A model generated the notes under the pieces. The model was not told the origin of the DNA. It ran no database searches and saw nothing but the letters and a program-made list of their open reading frames with translations. From Polymyxa betae A26-41 (lineage: Eukaryota; Protista; Endomyxa: Phytomyxea): a DNA stretch of 64,000 nt. Shown here piece after piece: positions 13,087 through 25,164 of the stretch. The stretch spans positions 67,861 to 131,860 of the forward strand of contig RBZT01000373.1 in the NCBI GenBank assembly GCA_003693705.1. Direction: 5' to 3'. How positions within the stretch are numbered: the stretch's first letter is position 1; the number at the start of each line of letters is the position of its first letter. Made by a program: the position numbers and the translations under genes.

Positions 13087-14534
13087 TCACTTAAGACAAA
13101 CAACAGAACACTTGCTGAAGATATTCCTCAGATCGGCAGGTTTCTTTCCAAGTTTCATTTGCTGAAGCAAATGGCCAGCATAAACGTAAATAGTGAAAGA
13201 TATGGTGGACATGGGCAATGAGAATTTCATCGAATTTTTGAAATCCCTACACACATATGTCAGCATATAACAGCATTAGACCACCAAATTATCCCATACT
13301 CGTTCAACAAGCACATTAAAATAATAGTTTGTGTGCTGTTTTTAGCAGCATTATACGACCGGCTGAACATAGCGCTTGCATAAGTAGTAATACCCATAGC
13401 AGAAAACACAGACAGCGACCGAACTAACACCAACGCCACAGCTATGACGAAGAAGGCGTATGTACCGTCATCGTAAAATCTAACAGCGATGGGCCCCCAT
13501 TTTTGGGCTTCTGAATTGGATAAAGCCACAATAAGAACGATCGGGAAGACGACCATACTTTGAAAAAAATTGGCTTCGGCCATGACGTCGATCGTTTCAT
13601 TAGTATGCTTGACGTTAACCATTAGCTTCTGCTGCAGAACACCTAATAAGGCGACCAAGAAGCAGCTGCATAAAGTAAGTGAGTAACCAAGCATAAATTT
13701 GGAGAAATCATCTTTGCTCGAGTCCGACTGCTCAAATAAGGCACAGCCTACTGTCGATATAAGCATCAAGCCAACGGCAAGCCAATGCTCGAGCAGAAAC
13801 ATCTTCTTGACCACAATCTTCGACAGAAACACACTGAAAATGATACCGGATCCTTTCAGAACATTGTAAATGCTTCCACTAAGTTCCTTCAAACTGAGCG
13901 ATTGCAAGACAAGGTGCACAGCATCGATAGCACCGAGAATCAGATAAGCGCGGAATCGCGGTCCAAATGGTTGCGAGCTACTGCCAACGCCTTTTCGACG
14001 CTTCCACCAGAGCGTTCCCATCCAGATACAGAAATTCAAGATGAAAGACAAACCTTGCAATAACATCACGAGAAATGTGAATTTGCAATCCTCATGCTGA
14101 ATTTTTTTGATACAAAATGTAGAGCTGGTACTGAGGACGAGACTCATCGAACAAAAGAAAACCAAGATCATTAAGCGTTTCAACCGATCAGCTTTGGTCG
14201 TATTTGACTTCTCAGTATCGAGGCGCAGAAGCAGGGCGTTACAGGCTTCATTGAATTCGAACAAGAGTCGATCCAGAGTGGTATCCTTCTCATCGAGATA
14301 CAGATTCGTATCGCCAGCAGATCCGACAGTATACGTGTCGATTATCGCCACAAGCTGAGCGACTTGTTTTCGGTTTTGATGGACAAAATGGGTGAGATTG
14401 GACCGCTTATAACAAGCGATATCAACATCCCTCATCCAATCGATGCATTGACGAATTGACGAGATCAGACCTTGAACAATATCATCGTAAGACGATGACT
14501 TGAGGGTGGTGGCGTCGATATGAGGAATTGGCAT
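13087..14534 (-). CDS. Drug/metabolite transporter superfamily protein (SLC35/purine-permease-like) with a ~115-aa soluble N-terminal extension
   Basis: About 10 hydrophobic segments and the LSGSIYNVLKGSGIIFSVFLSKIVVKK motif; a last exon after a short intron ends ...VVCLK*. Confidence 0.75.
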
Positions 14535-14933
14535 TCTGAACCAGGGAAAAAATCTGATTTTCAGAATGCTGATTGAGGAAACTCCAATCAGACATTTTTA
14601 GACCTGCAGGAAGTCCGTCACGGATTTCATGTTCCAATCATGTCATGGACGTTTTCTTCTTTTGGAGATTTTTTTCAGGGCTGACGGGCGATGGCCCATA
14701 TAAAAGTTTCATACGTTCGAAGTGTTATTTAAGAGCATGGATTTATGACGGTATCATTTGAGTGCCAATATAATCTCTCCTTTGAATGGGGTGATTCGAC
14801 ATCAAATTGGTTTGATTCTTGATGCCTTTTATGACATTACATGCTGGGCATTTGCGGAATTGACTAGGATTTTAGATCCACTTGAGAATAAATAAAAAGA
14901 AATTATTAGTGATGCCAAAAGACGATAGACCAA

Positions 14934-16552
14934 TCAAAAACTGAGTCCCGAAAGCCGAGCCTTGAGAGACTCTTCATATACTTCACGAGGAGGTGCAGAC
15001 GCCGTGACAGTGGTAAGTGCAGCTCTATCTTGAATCATTTTGGAACCCCATGATCGTTCAGCATGAGCACAGACATCGCGAATATCCCGGCCCGTTAAAT
15101 TATCGGATTTCAAAGCTAAATGATAGCGATCATCATCAGTCAGATGTTTGGCATAACGAGCAAATATTTTCGCTCTTTGAGTGACATCTGGGTCGTCAAA
15201 CCGAACGACGACGTCAAAACGACTGAGTAAAGCTGGGTCCAAGTCCTTTTTCCTGTTCGTAGCAGCAATGATAAGACTATTCCTTTTGGTAGACTCCAAC
15301 CCGTCTATTCTCTGCAACAGAACAGACAGAATACGTCGGGAGGCTTCATGAATGTCCCTTTCTCGTGATGGAGCGACACTGTCTATCTCATCCATAAAGA
15401 TAACAGTATCTCCAAGCTTATCGACAGCGTCGAATATCTTGGCTAATGTCTTTTCACTCTCGCCGTAATACATCGACATAATACTCTGTAGCGGGATAAA
15501 TACCATTGGAAGTGAGCTCTGACTAGCAATTATCTTCGCAGCGCTTGTTTTACCGGTTCCTTTGCCACAGCAATTAAATAAGCATACAAACAATTCGCAA
15601 AGAAAGATTTCTACCTGGATTGCCTTCAAACAGAACCGCTTTCGGTTTGTTGCTTTCAGGACGAACTCTGGTCAGTTTCATAATTTCATCAAACATGTCA
15701 GAGTGCAGAGTCGAGTCAATAACGGTAGTCTTTATCTCCTGGGCTATACCCTCGCAGCCAGCTAAATCCGACCAATCCATCTTGGAGTTGGGCTGGTAGA
15801 TGCGAACTCCTAACTGGTCGAGTTCGGAAGAAGTTTTCATCAATGGAACATACGTCAACTCATAGGCCATGCAAATCGCATTAACTTCATCCAGCCGCCA
15901 TTTCCCTTAATTCTTATTTAAAACTCACTGTTATGAGGACAGCTATCGAAACATACCACGCTTTCTCAAATACAAACTTGGTGAAGACCCATGCCGAACT
16001 AAAATGATTTCTAAATTTCTTTCGGGGATGCTAAACATCAGCACAGGCCTAAAACACAGTCAATGCCTCTTGTAGAAACAAGTCGTGATTTCACACTTTC
16101 CAGACTTGGAATCCAAACGAGCAGATTCAGTGACTAACTGGCCGCCCAAGGCATCCAGCAGTGTCGTCAATATATCACTGCTATCAACAGCGCTCCCTGT
16201 ATTCCACCATACATCAATGGTGTCATCTGGAAGCGACCTCCAAGATATCTTCGGCCACGAGCAGTTGTTGAATTTCTCACGAAGCTTGGCAACACGTTGG
16301 CTAAGCTCATTCATTGCCGAATCCCCGTCAATCAAACTAGCACGATTCAGTATGCGGGTAATATTTAGCATGATAGCCGTTCAACCTCATGGGAGCCATA
16401 GGCGCATGAGCGTAAGAGATTGGTGATAATGCAATGGCAGCTGGTGGGACGAAGGCCGCCAATTTTAGAGCAGCAGCCATTTTAGGTGCGGCGAAGCCGA
16501 AAGTTCGAGGCGAGGCGCGCCGAACCAACGCCCTCCAAAGGCGCCTAAACAT
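14934..16552 (-). CDS. Single-domain AAA+ ATPase with a predicted mitochondrial presequence
   Basis: MFRRLWRALVRRASPR presequence; Walker A FEGNPG/TGKT split by an intron; Walker B VIFMDEID; SRH IIAATNRKKDLDPALLSRFD. Confidence 0.85.
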
Positions 16553-17123
16553 GAAGCAGATAAATGGGAGTTATGAATGTGAAAAGAAGGGAGGCCGCGC
16601 CATATGAACCATCAACAATCCATCTTCAAACATCTCTGTCAATGTTATTCGAGTGATCTTATTCATCCATAAAGCTTGCATTCAGTTGACGCAGAACCAC
16701 TGCCGACATTGATAGATATGGTTGAGCAAGTTCCTGTGTCTCGACCTGCTTTGGATAGAGAAGTCCAGAAAGCTGCTTAGTGCTTACAATTGTCCATTCT
16801 TGAATGCGAGTCTACGATTTAGGTGTGTTTTTGAATGCTCGTTCTATAAACAAGGGTTACCGTTTAAAACCAGCTCGTCGTAATCGGCATGTCGGTATGA
16901 ATTTGGCAGTGGTAGGGATGTTGAATACTCCAAGCAAACTTTCCAGAACAGACCATCTTGACTGCACTTCTGAATAAATGAAAGGAGGATGTCACCCCAA
17001 GCCCATCCTTACTGTCCGAAGCCTGGTTATTAGATGTCGCTAATGCTTCAGTGGTCAATTGAGCTTCCTTACATTTCATTCCCAGCTTGTTGGTATCTTT
17101 AATTATTATTCATTCCCAACTGT

Positions 17124-18779
17124 CTATATTTGATTAGTTGTGGTTTCAGTCATGCCGGTTGCTGTGTTGGTCAACTCCTTATGCTCTGGAATAACTCTGC
17201 CTCCGATGATGTTCGCGTACATGCCATGCACCTGCCTCGAATGTCGGTATTCGGTCCACAATCTGCTGTTGTTTGCCGCTGCTAAATATCTGGAAAACGG
17301 CCCATGTCTCAGGTTTATAAGCACTTCCTTCGTCGCAGCTACGAAGACGTCGGTTTTCAGTGACTTTAATTTTACCGTTGTTTGCATTTTCTCGTTGACA
17401 ACTTCGATTTTCATATGGCGAATGCTGCCGTCTTGCCCATAGGTCATCTCTCTGTATCGCTGCTTTAAATCGTCCGATAACTGTATCTCCATCTGTGCAA
17501 AGTTATTCCTTAATTCCATCTTACTCTTCTAACATACCGGAGCATTCTTCGCCAAGAACATCTGCCCCAATGCTTTAGTTTTTGCTTATTTTTTGACTGT
17601 AATATGCTTACATTATAGATTTCTTTCTCTTTGTCCGCAATATTCTTCTTGTCCTTCAGTTGTTTAAACTCCATAGTTGCCTTCCAGAATAGCAAATTTT
17701 CTAACGTCAGTCATTCAGATGTTTGCCAAATGCAAAGCCCTGGACTTACCAACGCAGAATTCCTTTTCGAGATGTGCTCGAAACGATGCAAAGCCAGCTT
17801 TAGTTTTTAAAAAACCTTCAAAGTCCTGATAATCATCGAGATAATCGAGCCTGTAGCGCGATGGCTCCTTCTGTTTTCGCAAAGCTTCTACGACAGGGTG
17901 CGCAACAAGAATGTAGAAGTTGATCGGTGAGAACAACGCAATCAACGCCAGCGCTGCCGGGTCCCATTGACGAAAGTCTGACTTTGCTACTGACGCTTGA
18001 ATAACTGCCAACGAAACGAACATTGCGACAGAATATCTTAAAACGCGGCGAATGTTTCGTTTGAGACCAAATTCATCCACGACGACATCCATTCGATACG
18101 ACATTATCATGCAAGCCACAAGGCATAGGGTGCATTTAACCGTATGGATTAGTGCAAGTGTATAGCAAATTGGAACCTCAAAGAATCGGCATGATACAGC
18201 GTCAACAAGAAGCGACTCATTTGTAGCGGCGATAGCGATGACAATTGCAATACTTACAACGATAAGATTGGCGGCGATCACTATTGAGGCGAACCTCATG
18301 GTAAGCAAGAATTTGCACCAATTGATCCATTTAACCAGTTGTGCGACAGCTTGTTCTTTTTCAGTTTCGTTAAGTTGTGCAGCATCTCCAATCTCCCCGA
18401 TCCCAATCCGTCGCTTGTTAATACTGAAGATGGAGAATGATGAAAATATGATTATGACGAAACACGATTGTAAGATATCTTCAAGAAGCAACCTCACAAT
18501 GCTTTCCGTGATCCCAATCCAGCTGCCATTTTGAGGAAGAATATGCAGAAAGCATTCACAGGACATATCCAACGCCACAACGACTCCGATAATCATTAGA
18601 ATATCGGGACGGCGATACCTTACTGGATTTAGACGTCGCGTTCGTTGCAGGCCGATTAGACTGGGTATTATGTAAGCTAACGTCCAGATCCATAATATTG
18701 TATAGACCGCTTGAAAACTGTCCATACACTCTTTTGAATATGATGGAATATCAACCAAGATCGTGTTTTCATAGGGCAC
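17124..18779 (-). CDS. 7TM-RGS protein (seven TM helices fused to a C-terminal RGS domain); true start upstream and unresolved
   Basis: Seven hydrophobic segments, then RGS motifs GFASFRAHLEKEFCV/ENLLFWKA...EIYN/MFLAKNAP/MEIQLS...FVAATKEVLINLRHGPFSRYL; 24-nt micro-exon at 17538-17561. Confidence 0.85.
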
Positions 18780-19390
18780 CGTACTGTACCCATAGGCTCT
18801 TGAAATAGGTATAAAAGCCGTTTCTGCATAATTTGCATGATCAACGTATTAACCACCTTTCACGCTTGCAGTCCTATTAACTTGAAAGAAGCTCTTCCAG
18901 TACAGCAATTTTCCAGTTTTGGTCATCCAATATATTCCTGAATGCTAATACTCTTCAAGTCTTACAATCCATACAGAAACGCTATGATTGCTTATCGGAA
19001 AACACCCGACCCGAATATGACGGCCGTTATGGGTGCTGTCGTGCAAGGCTCTAAGATTGACTTTGACATTTTTCTGAATTAAAAATATACCTTTGAAAAG
19101 AGACTTTCAGCAATCATCTGCAAGCGATCCATATTGTTCAACACGGGAAACAAATCAGAAGCGCATAGAAAGAAGACATCAATTTGCCAAACCTACGAGT
19201 GTTAAACAGCCAGGAAATATTTCGCAGAATCCTTTTTCTCCTCTGAATCGGAGTCTCAAAAAAAATACTCAACAAGAATCTACTCATGAGGAGACATTGA
19301 ATACAGAAAGGTAAAGAAGAGCTAGAACTTTAACATGATAGTGCAGTAATATGCTGTATCGATTAAGCTACAATAATGCTTTGCAAGCAT

Positions 19391-21364
19391 TTAATCGACT
19401 TCCTCGATCTTGGGTCCTGGGCCAGAAGACTTGGCTTCGGAAGAGGCCTGGCCAAAGTCGGGCATTCCGCTCATGTCGGGCATTCCACCGGCACCGGCAC
19501 CAGCAGACTGGTAGACCTTGGCGAGGATCGGGTTGCACAGCGACTCGAGTTCCTTCTGCTTAGCCTCGTACTCCTCGGCCTCGCTGTCCTGGTGAGCCTC
19601 AAGCCACTTGAGGACGTCGGCAAGGGCAGAGTCGATCTTGGACTTGTCGTCGGACGGAATCTTGTCCTTCATCTTCTCATCGTCAATCGAATTCCTCATG
19701 GAATAGGCGTAGTTCTCCAAGCCGTTCTTGGCCTCGACCTTCTTGCGGATCTGAGCATCCTCCTGCTTGTACTTCTCGGCATCGCGGATCATGGCTTCGA
19801 TATCCTCTTTGCTGAGACGCCCCTTGTCGTTGGTGATAGTGATCTTCTGCTTCTTGCCGGTAGATTTCTCTTCAGCGCTGACGTTCAAGATACCGTTAGC
19901 ATCGACATCGAAGGTAACCTCAATCTGAGGAACACCACGAGGAGCAGGGGGAATACCAGACAATTCGAATTTGCCGAGGATGTTGTTGTCCTTGGTACGA
20001 GTTCGTTCACCTTCGTACACCTGGATCAAAACACCGGGCTGATTGTCGGCATAGGTGGAGAAGATCTGCTGACTCTTGCATGGAACAGTTTTGTTACGAG
20101 GAATGAGGACAGTCATAACACCGCCGGCAGTCTCGATACCCAGGGACAGAGGAGCGACATCCAACAACAGGATCTTTGAAGTTTCCTCGCTGGAATCACC
20201 GCTCAAGATAGCAGCCTGGACGGCCGCACCATAAGCAACGGCTTCATCAGGGTTGATGGACTTGCATGGCTCCTTGCCACCGAAGAACTGTTTGATAAGC
20301 TCCTGAACTTTGGGGATACGGGTCGAACCACCGACAAGAACGATTTCGTCGATGTCAGATTTGCTCAGCTTGGCGTCACGGAGGACGTGCTCAACGGGTT
20401 CCAGGGTCTTACGGAAGTAATCACCACAGAGAGCTTCGAAACGAGCACGAGTGATGGTCGCGCTGAAATCAATACCGTCGAGAAGAGAGTCGATTTCGAC
20501 GGAAGCCTGAGTGGCCGACGACAGGTTACGCTTGGCACGTTCGCACTGGGTACGAAGACGACGAAGAGCACGGTGGTTGCCGGTGACATCCTTCTTGGTC
20601 TTGCGCTTGAATTCCTCAGCGAAGTGCTGGACGAGACGGTTGTCGAAGTCTTCACCACCCAAGTGAGTGTCACCAGCGGTAGCCTTGACTTCAAAGATAC
20701 CGTCTTCAATGGTCAGAATAGACACATCGAAGGTACCACCACCCAGATCGAAAATCAGGGCGTTCATCTCGGACAATGGCTTCCTGTCGAGACCATAGGC
20801 GATAGCGGCGGCAGTTGGCTCGTTGATGATACGAAGAACATTGAGACCGGCGATCATACCAGCATCCTTGGTGGCCTGACGCTGTGAGTCGTTGAAGTAG
20901 GCCGGGACGGTGATAACGGCGTTGTTAACAGCCTCGCCCAGGTAAGCTTCAGCGGTCTCCTTCATCTTGGTGAGAACCATTGATGAGACTTCTTCAGGGT
21001 AGAAGGTCTGGTCTTCGCCCTTGTAGTTGACCTGGATGGCAGGGCGGTCGGATTCCTTCTTGACGACCTTGAAGGGCCACAGCTTCATGTCATCTTGAAC
21101 GATGGCATCGGTGAATTTGCGACCAATCAAACGCTTGGCATCGAAGATGGTGTTCTCAGGGTTACGAGCGGCCTGGTTCTTGGCAGCCTCACCAATGAGT
21201 CGTTCGGAATCAGTGAAGGCGACGTAGGAGGGGGTAGTTCGGTTTCCCTGGTCGTTGGCAATGATTTCGACGGCATTGATGCTGCTCTTCCAGCAACCGA
21301 CGCATGAGTACGTGGTGCCGAGATCGATACCGACGGCGGGCCCAGTGACCTTCTTATCAGACAT
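19391..21364 (-). CDS. HSP70: Cytosolic heat shock protein 70, intronless
   Basis: [21 protein letters not shown] and C-terminal GPKIEEVD; strong C-ending codon bias. Confidence 0.99.
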   Translation of the reverse strand: MSDKKVTGPAVGIDLGTTYSCVGCWKSSINAVEIIANDQGNRTTPSYVAFTDSERLIGEAAKNQAARNPENTIFDAKRLIGRKFTDAIVQDDMKLWPFKVVKKESDRPAIQVNYKGEDQTFYPEEVSSMVLTKMKETAEAYLGEAVNNAVITVPAYFNDSQRQATKDAGMIAGLNVLRIINEPTAAAIAYGLDRKPLSEMNALIFDLGGGTFDVSILTIEDGIFEVKATAGDTHLGGEDFDNRLVQHFAEEFKRKTKKDVTGNHRALRRLRTQCERAKRNLSSATQASVEIDSLLDGIDFSATITRARFEALCGDYFRKTLEPVEHVLRDAKLSKSDIDEIVLVGGSTRIPKVQELIKQFFGGKEPCKSINPDEAVAYGAAVQAAILSGDSSEETSKILLLDVAPLSLGIETAGGVMTVLIPRNKTVPCKSQQIFSTYADNQPGVLIQVYEGERTRTKDNNILGKFELSGIPPAPRGVPQIEVTFDVDANGILNVSAEEKSTGKKQKITITNDKGRLSKEDIEAMIRDAEKYKQEDAQIRKKVEAKNGLENYAYSMRNSIDDEKMKDKIPSDDKSKIDSALADVLKWLEAHQDSEAEEYEAKQKELESLCNPILAKVYQSAGAGAGGMPDMSGMPDFGQASSEAKSSGPGPKIEEVD

Positions 21365-21461
21365 GTTGCTGTGGAGATTGATTTCAAAATGACGGACTGC
21401 GGTTGCGCAGGATCAGGGGAGGCCTCACTGACTCGCTCAGCCTTGGAACGGAATGTGCGTT

Positions 21462-21580
21462 AGAATCTTCCAAGCCGCTCTTGTTAAGGCTGGGAAAGGC
21501 CGCAATCCAAGAACTGCGCAGTTCTCTATATACAGATGCGCGGCCTCCCTGTTCCGACCCGCTGTTGTGAGGAAGATTCG
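21462..21580. promoter_or_regulatory. Putative HSP70 promoter: two nGAAnnTTCn heat-shock-element pairs, a TATA-like box and a 16-bp palindrome
   Basis: aGAAtcTTCc at 21462-21471 and gGAAgaTTCg at 21571-21580; TATATAG on the minus strand at 21526-21532; AGAACTGCGCAGTTCT at 21510-21525. Confidence 0.45.
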
Positions 21581-21725
21581 GGCCGCCTTCCTGGGCCTGG
21601 GCCGGGCGTCTCTCGTCTGCCACGACTGGTGTAATTTTGGGCAAAGCCTGCTCTCATGATTGTTTTCATTAACTTGATTCTTCAATTGATTGCATTCACT
21701 TTCATAATGGCAACGCTCGTGTGCA

Positions 21726-22079
21726 CTAAGCAGGATTCATACGTCTTTTGATCATCTTTATTAAACGTCCATGATAAAAAACTGTTTCGATTCTTATAAA
21801 CGTTTCCTGATCAAATCTCATTTTGTGGATCTGCTCGAGTACAGTTTGATAAATGGGATCATTCGAGAATTTCTTTTTAACTCTCAGATATCTATGCAGA
21901 TGAGTGATGCCATACACAGGCGCCGAGGCAGCTCTGCTCCTTCGATTGTCGAAGGGCTCCGGCGTCTGATCGGGACCGGTAAAGTCTTCGACATGAGCAT
22001 GGGTTTGGTCAGAAGCCTTTTTCCCAATGTCCAAGTTTGCTGACATTCCAACCCAGATCGTAGCCGGCTGCTTCTCCAA
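21726..22079 (-). pseudogene. Possible decayed PIF1/Helitron-type helicase fragment
   Basis: LRVKKKFSNDPIYQTVLEQIHKMRFDQETFIRIET loosely resembles PIF1 motif IV (L..N.R...DP.Y..LL..IR). It has a TTG start and lies in a gene-poor interval. Confidence 0.25.
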
Positions 22080-24421
22080 CCTGGTCAGATCTCTAGCTGA
22101 TAATATCGTAGCTCCTATAGTCTCCTTCCTATTACGTAAACAGGAAGTTAAACGGCTGGTTTAGAATACTAAACGAGAACAGCTATAGAAGGAGCGTTAA
22201 AGAACATGTTCCATGTTCTACAATGTGGCTCTGGTTCTGATGTATGCTCATATGATTCAGTCGAGCTAGGTTTATAACGTTACAACGTTCTCTTGTTCGC
22301 TCTTTGAGTGTTTTTAGCTTCAAAAGCGGGAGCTGTCACTCTGTATGTCATTGCTTAACGCTTGCCCCATTATGTGTGAGTTCATAATAGGAACTGGGGT
22401 GCTTTCATCCAGTCCTGGCTCAACGCCTTTGTACTAATTCTTGCAGTCTATATTGTGGTTAATGGTAACGATTTTCATTCCTTAAAAGCTTTCGCACTGA
22501 ATCTATTTCAGTATACAATTCTACGTTTACGGAGCTCAGGTGGGAGGAACGCAAATGCCCATACTGTATCACAAAGATTTCGTCGGCTGCGTCCCGATGC
22601 CCAAATTGTACCTCAGAAATCGAGCCGGTTTCCGACGATCGTTTGGAATCGAAAAAATTGCCTTAATATAATTATTCTATTTGCTTTTCGAATGCTGAGA
22701 GCTTTCAGCATCAATCTATAAGCTCCTGAAAACACGCGCCGCAGCCAAACGATCATTCATTTCTTTTCTGTTTACTTGATCTCGTATTGCATGTGAAGGA
22801 ATGTTTAGATTCTTGATTCAAGCTGGAATCACAGAGAACGATAAATGCTAACCAACTTGATAGCATTATCTGGTTGATAATTGTAATTTTCGATCAAGCA
22901 GAAGCAATGGTTGTAATAATGTAATCATTGTAATGCCAGATGCATTCCCAAACTACCCAATCGTGAAACTAGCCGAGCATTAGCTGGATTCATCTTACCA
23001 AGCAAGGATTGTGCAAAAGGTGATTCCTCAAACAGGGAGACGTAGATTTTTGTGACGACGAACTGGCTGGATTTACCTAACACTGCCACACAGGCATCAC
23101 TGATTTCGAGAAAATTTCCTGTCATCAAGCCCAAAGTTGTCATCTCCTCGAATCCTGATCTCTCAGCTTTGTTTGCACCTTGCCTGTAATAGCCTTAATC
23201 CGCTACGAGATATGAATATGTGCAGTTGATTGCAACATTTACTGGTTGAAGGATAGGTTGCCTGGCAATATGGCTGTAGTAATGGCCATGGTTAAAGGCT
23301 GCTCTCAATGTCAATATGACAATCATGGCTGCGCTTACTTCCAAGATGGAATGTGGATTTGAAAGGCAGATCAGTTTACGATTGTCAGATGGGCAACTCG
23401 GGCTTAGTATCTGGTGAAAGCCACAAACCCTTTTCTGGAAACATTCTGATTTCCGTCCTCCATTCCCCACCAAATTGCAGTTCTCTTCGTAACGAATATG
23501 GGACTGAAACAAAGTGAATTGACTGCAATGTGATCGCAGCTCCCAACTCGGTGCTTAATTATCAAGAACAAGGACAATCACGCTTTGAGAAACTGTGCGA
23601 AATCAGTAGACGAGGAGTCCACTGCGCCTTCATCAGCAGTTTTTAAGTTGTTCAAACCTCGCACTGAGCAGCATATATTCAATATTTCTTGGTAAGAGAC
23701 AAACCGTTTCAACAAGTTGTTCTCATCGTGCAATAACAGAAGGGGTTGTTTGTAGTCCTCGTCGGTCTTTCTAACGCTGCATTACACAATCGTCGTTCTT
23801 GTGCCGAAAATCATCTTATATGCAAACAAGAATGGTATAAAACTCTCTAAATTCGAAGCGTTAAAGGCCATGTTCCATATACTCTGAAAACGTATGGCCC
23901 AGGCTCTGCTATATGCTTGCATTACGTTCTCGATGGCTGCCATATTACGTTGAGGTTCAAAGTTGATGGGACATTTTTCAAACTGTCGCTTTTATCACAC
24001 TATGGTAACGAACGAGTCTCAAATCAATTCAATATCATGTGCATGATTCTTGTGGCAAGTCAGAATTGGTATTTTTGAAACAAACCCCAACGATGCTGTT
24101 GTTAATATAGCAAAGTCGCCATGGTGTATGAAGAATTTCATTACCGCATACCAATGCCGATGCAGGCATCAGTGAATGCTTGAGCAACGGCCGACGTAAC
24201 GTGAACTGCTAAAAGGCCTTAACAAAAAAAATTGCGCTGCTGTTTGGCGACTGAGCTGGTCTCTGCCACTGCGTGTGTGTGTATTGAATTGAACGGGGGC
24301 CGGCGGGCCACCATCTTGATCACGTTACACTTACGAGACCCCACCGCCCCAACACTGTTCAGTTACTCTCTCTTACATTGCAAGTTCTCTCTTCCATTCT
24401 GCTTTTATTCGCTTGCTTCAC

Positions 24422-24974
24422 ATGGCCCAAGCATCGTCGTCGCTGTCTTCACCGACTGTTTCGGATCATCCAAACTCACCTGCTGACACGAAGCTGCGCC
24501 GCTCTAGGAGGAAGAAGTCGCTGCCGACGACGAGGCGTTCGGATTCGTCGCAAATTGCCTCCAGTGAATTGCGACCGACAAAGCGAACGAAAGGGAAGCG
24601 AGAACCGAAGAGGCGGACCGCTGCTCCGGTCCCGGCTAGTAACCAATCAATGATGGATACAGCTGACACTCAAGACGCCGGTGGTGTTGCTATCATCCCC
24701 GAATCTGAACCAGTTAAGCAGTCGACGACTGACGAGCAGAAGCCAGATGGGACGTCCATCTACAGGCGAAACTATATGCGGCAATATCGCTTAATGTATA
24801 GTCGATTGCTTGAAAGTAAGAATGCTTGTTAACTTTTCCTGCAGGCAGCGTGAAAAGATCCTCTCTTTGCCAGAAGAAGACAGGCAAAGCAAACTCGAGC
24901 AGATACGTGCCGGCGTGCGAGAGCGCGTCCGGCGGTTTCGATTGCGGAAATCGCTTGGTTCGCAGGCAACCTAA
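24422..24974 (+). CDS. Small basic, probably nuclear protein with two Arg-rich helices (2 exons)
   Basis: Intron 24796-24844 joins YRRNYMRQYRLM to QREKILSLPEEDRQSKLEQIRAGVRERVRRFRLRKSLGSQAT*; NLS-like RRSRRKK. Confidence 0.55.
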
Positions 24975-25164
24975 ATATTCAGCTTCACGCTGTAAATAAT
25001 CACCATGCCTAATTATAATTGTGGCCAAATCCTGGATGCAAAATCCCCGGGTTCGCTTCACATCATGAATAAATCTCCTAGTGTGCCTTAATGGTTAATA
25101 ACGTCATGATTTGGGGTGGCGCCACGCTGCCAACATCATCATATCGTCATAGAGCGCGGCCACA

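Noticed and set aside
19376-20887. Long antisense ORFs opposite HSP70 (267 aa and 166 aa)
   Set aside because: Well-known by-product of HSP70 codon bias; no independent coding evidence.
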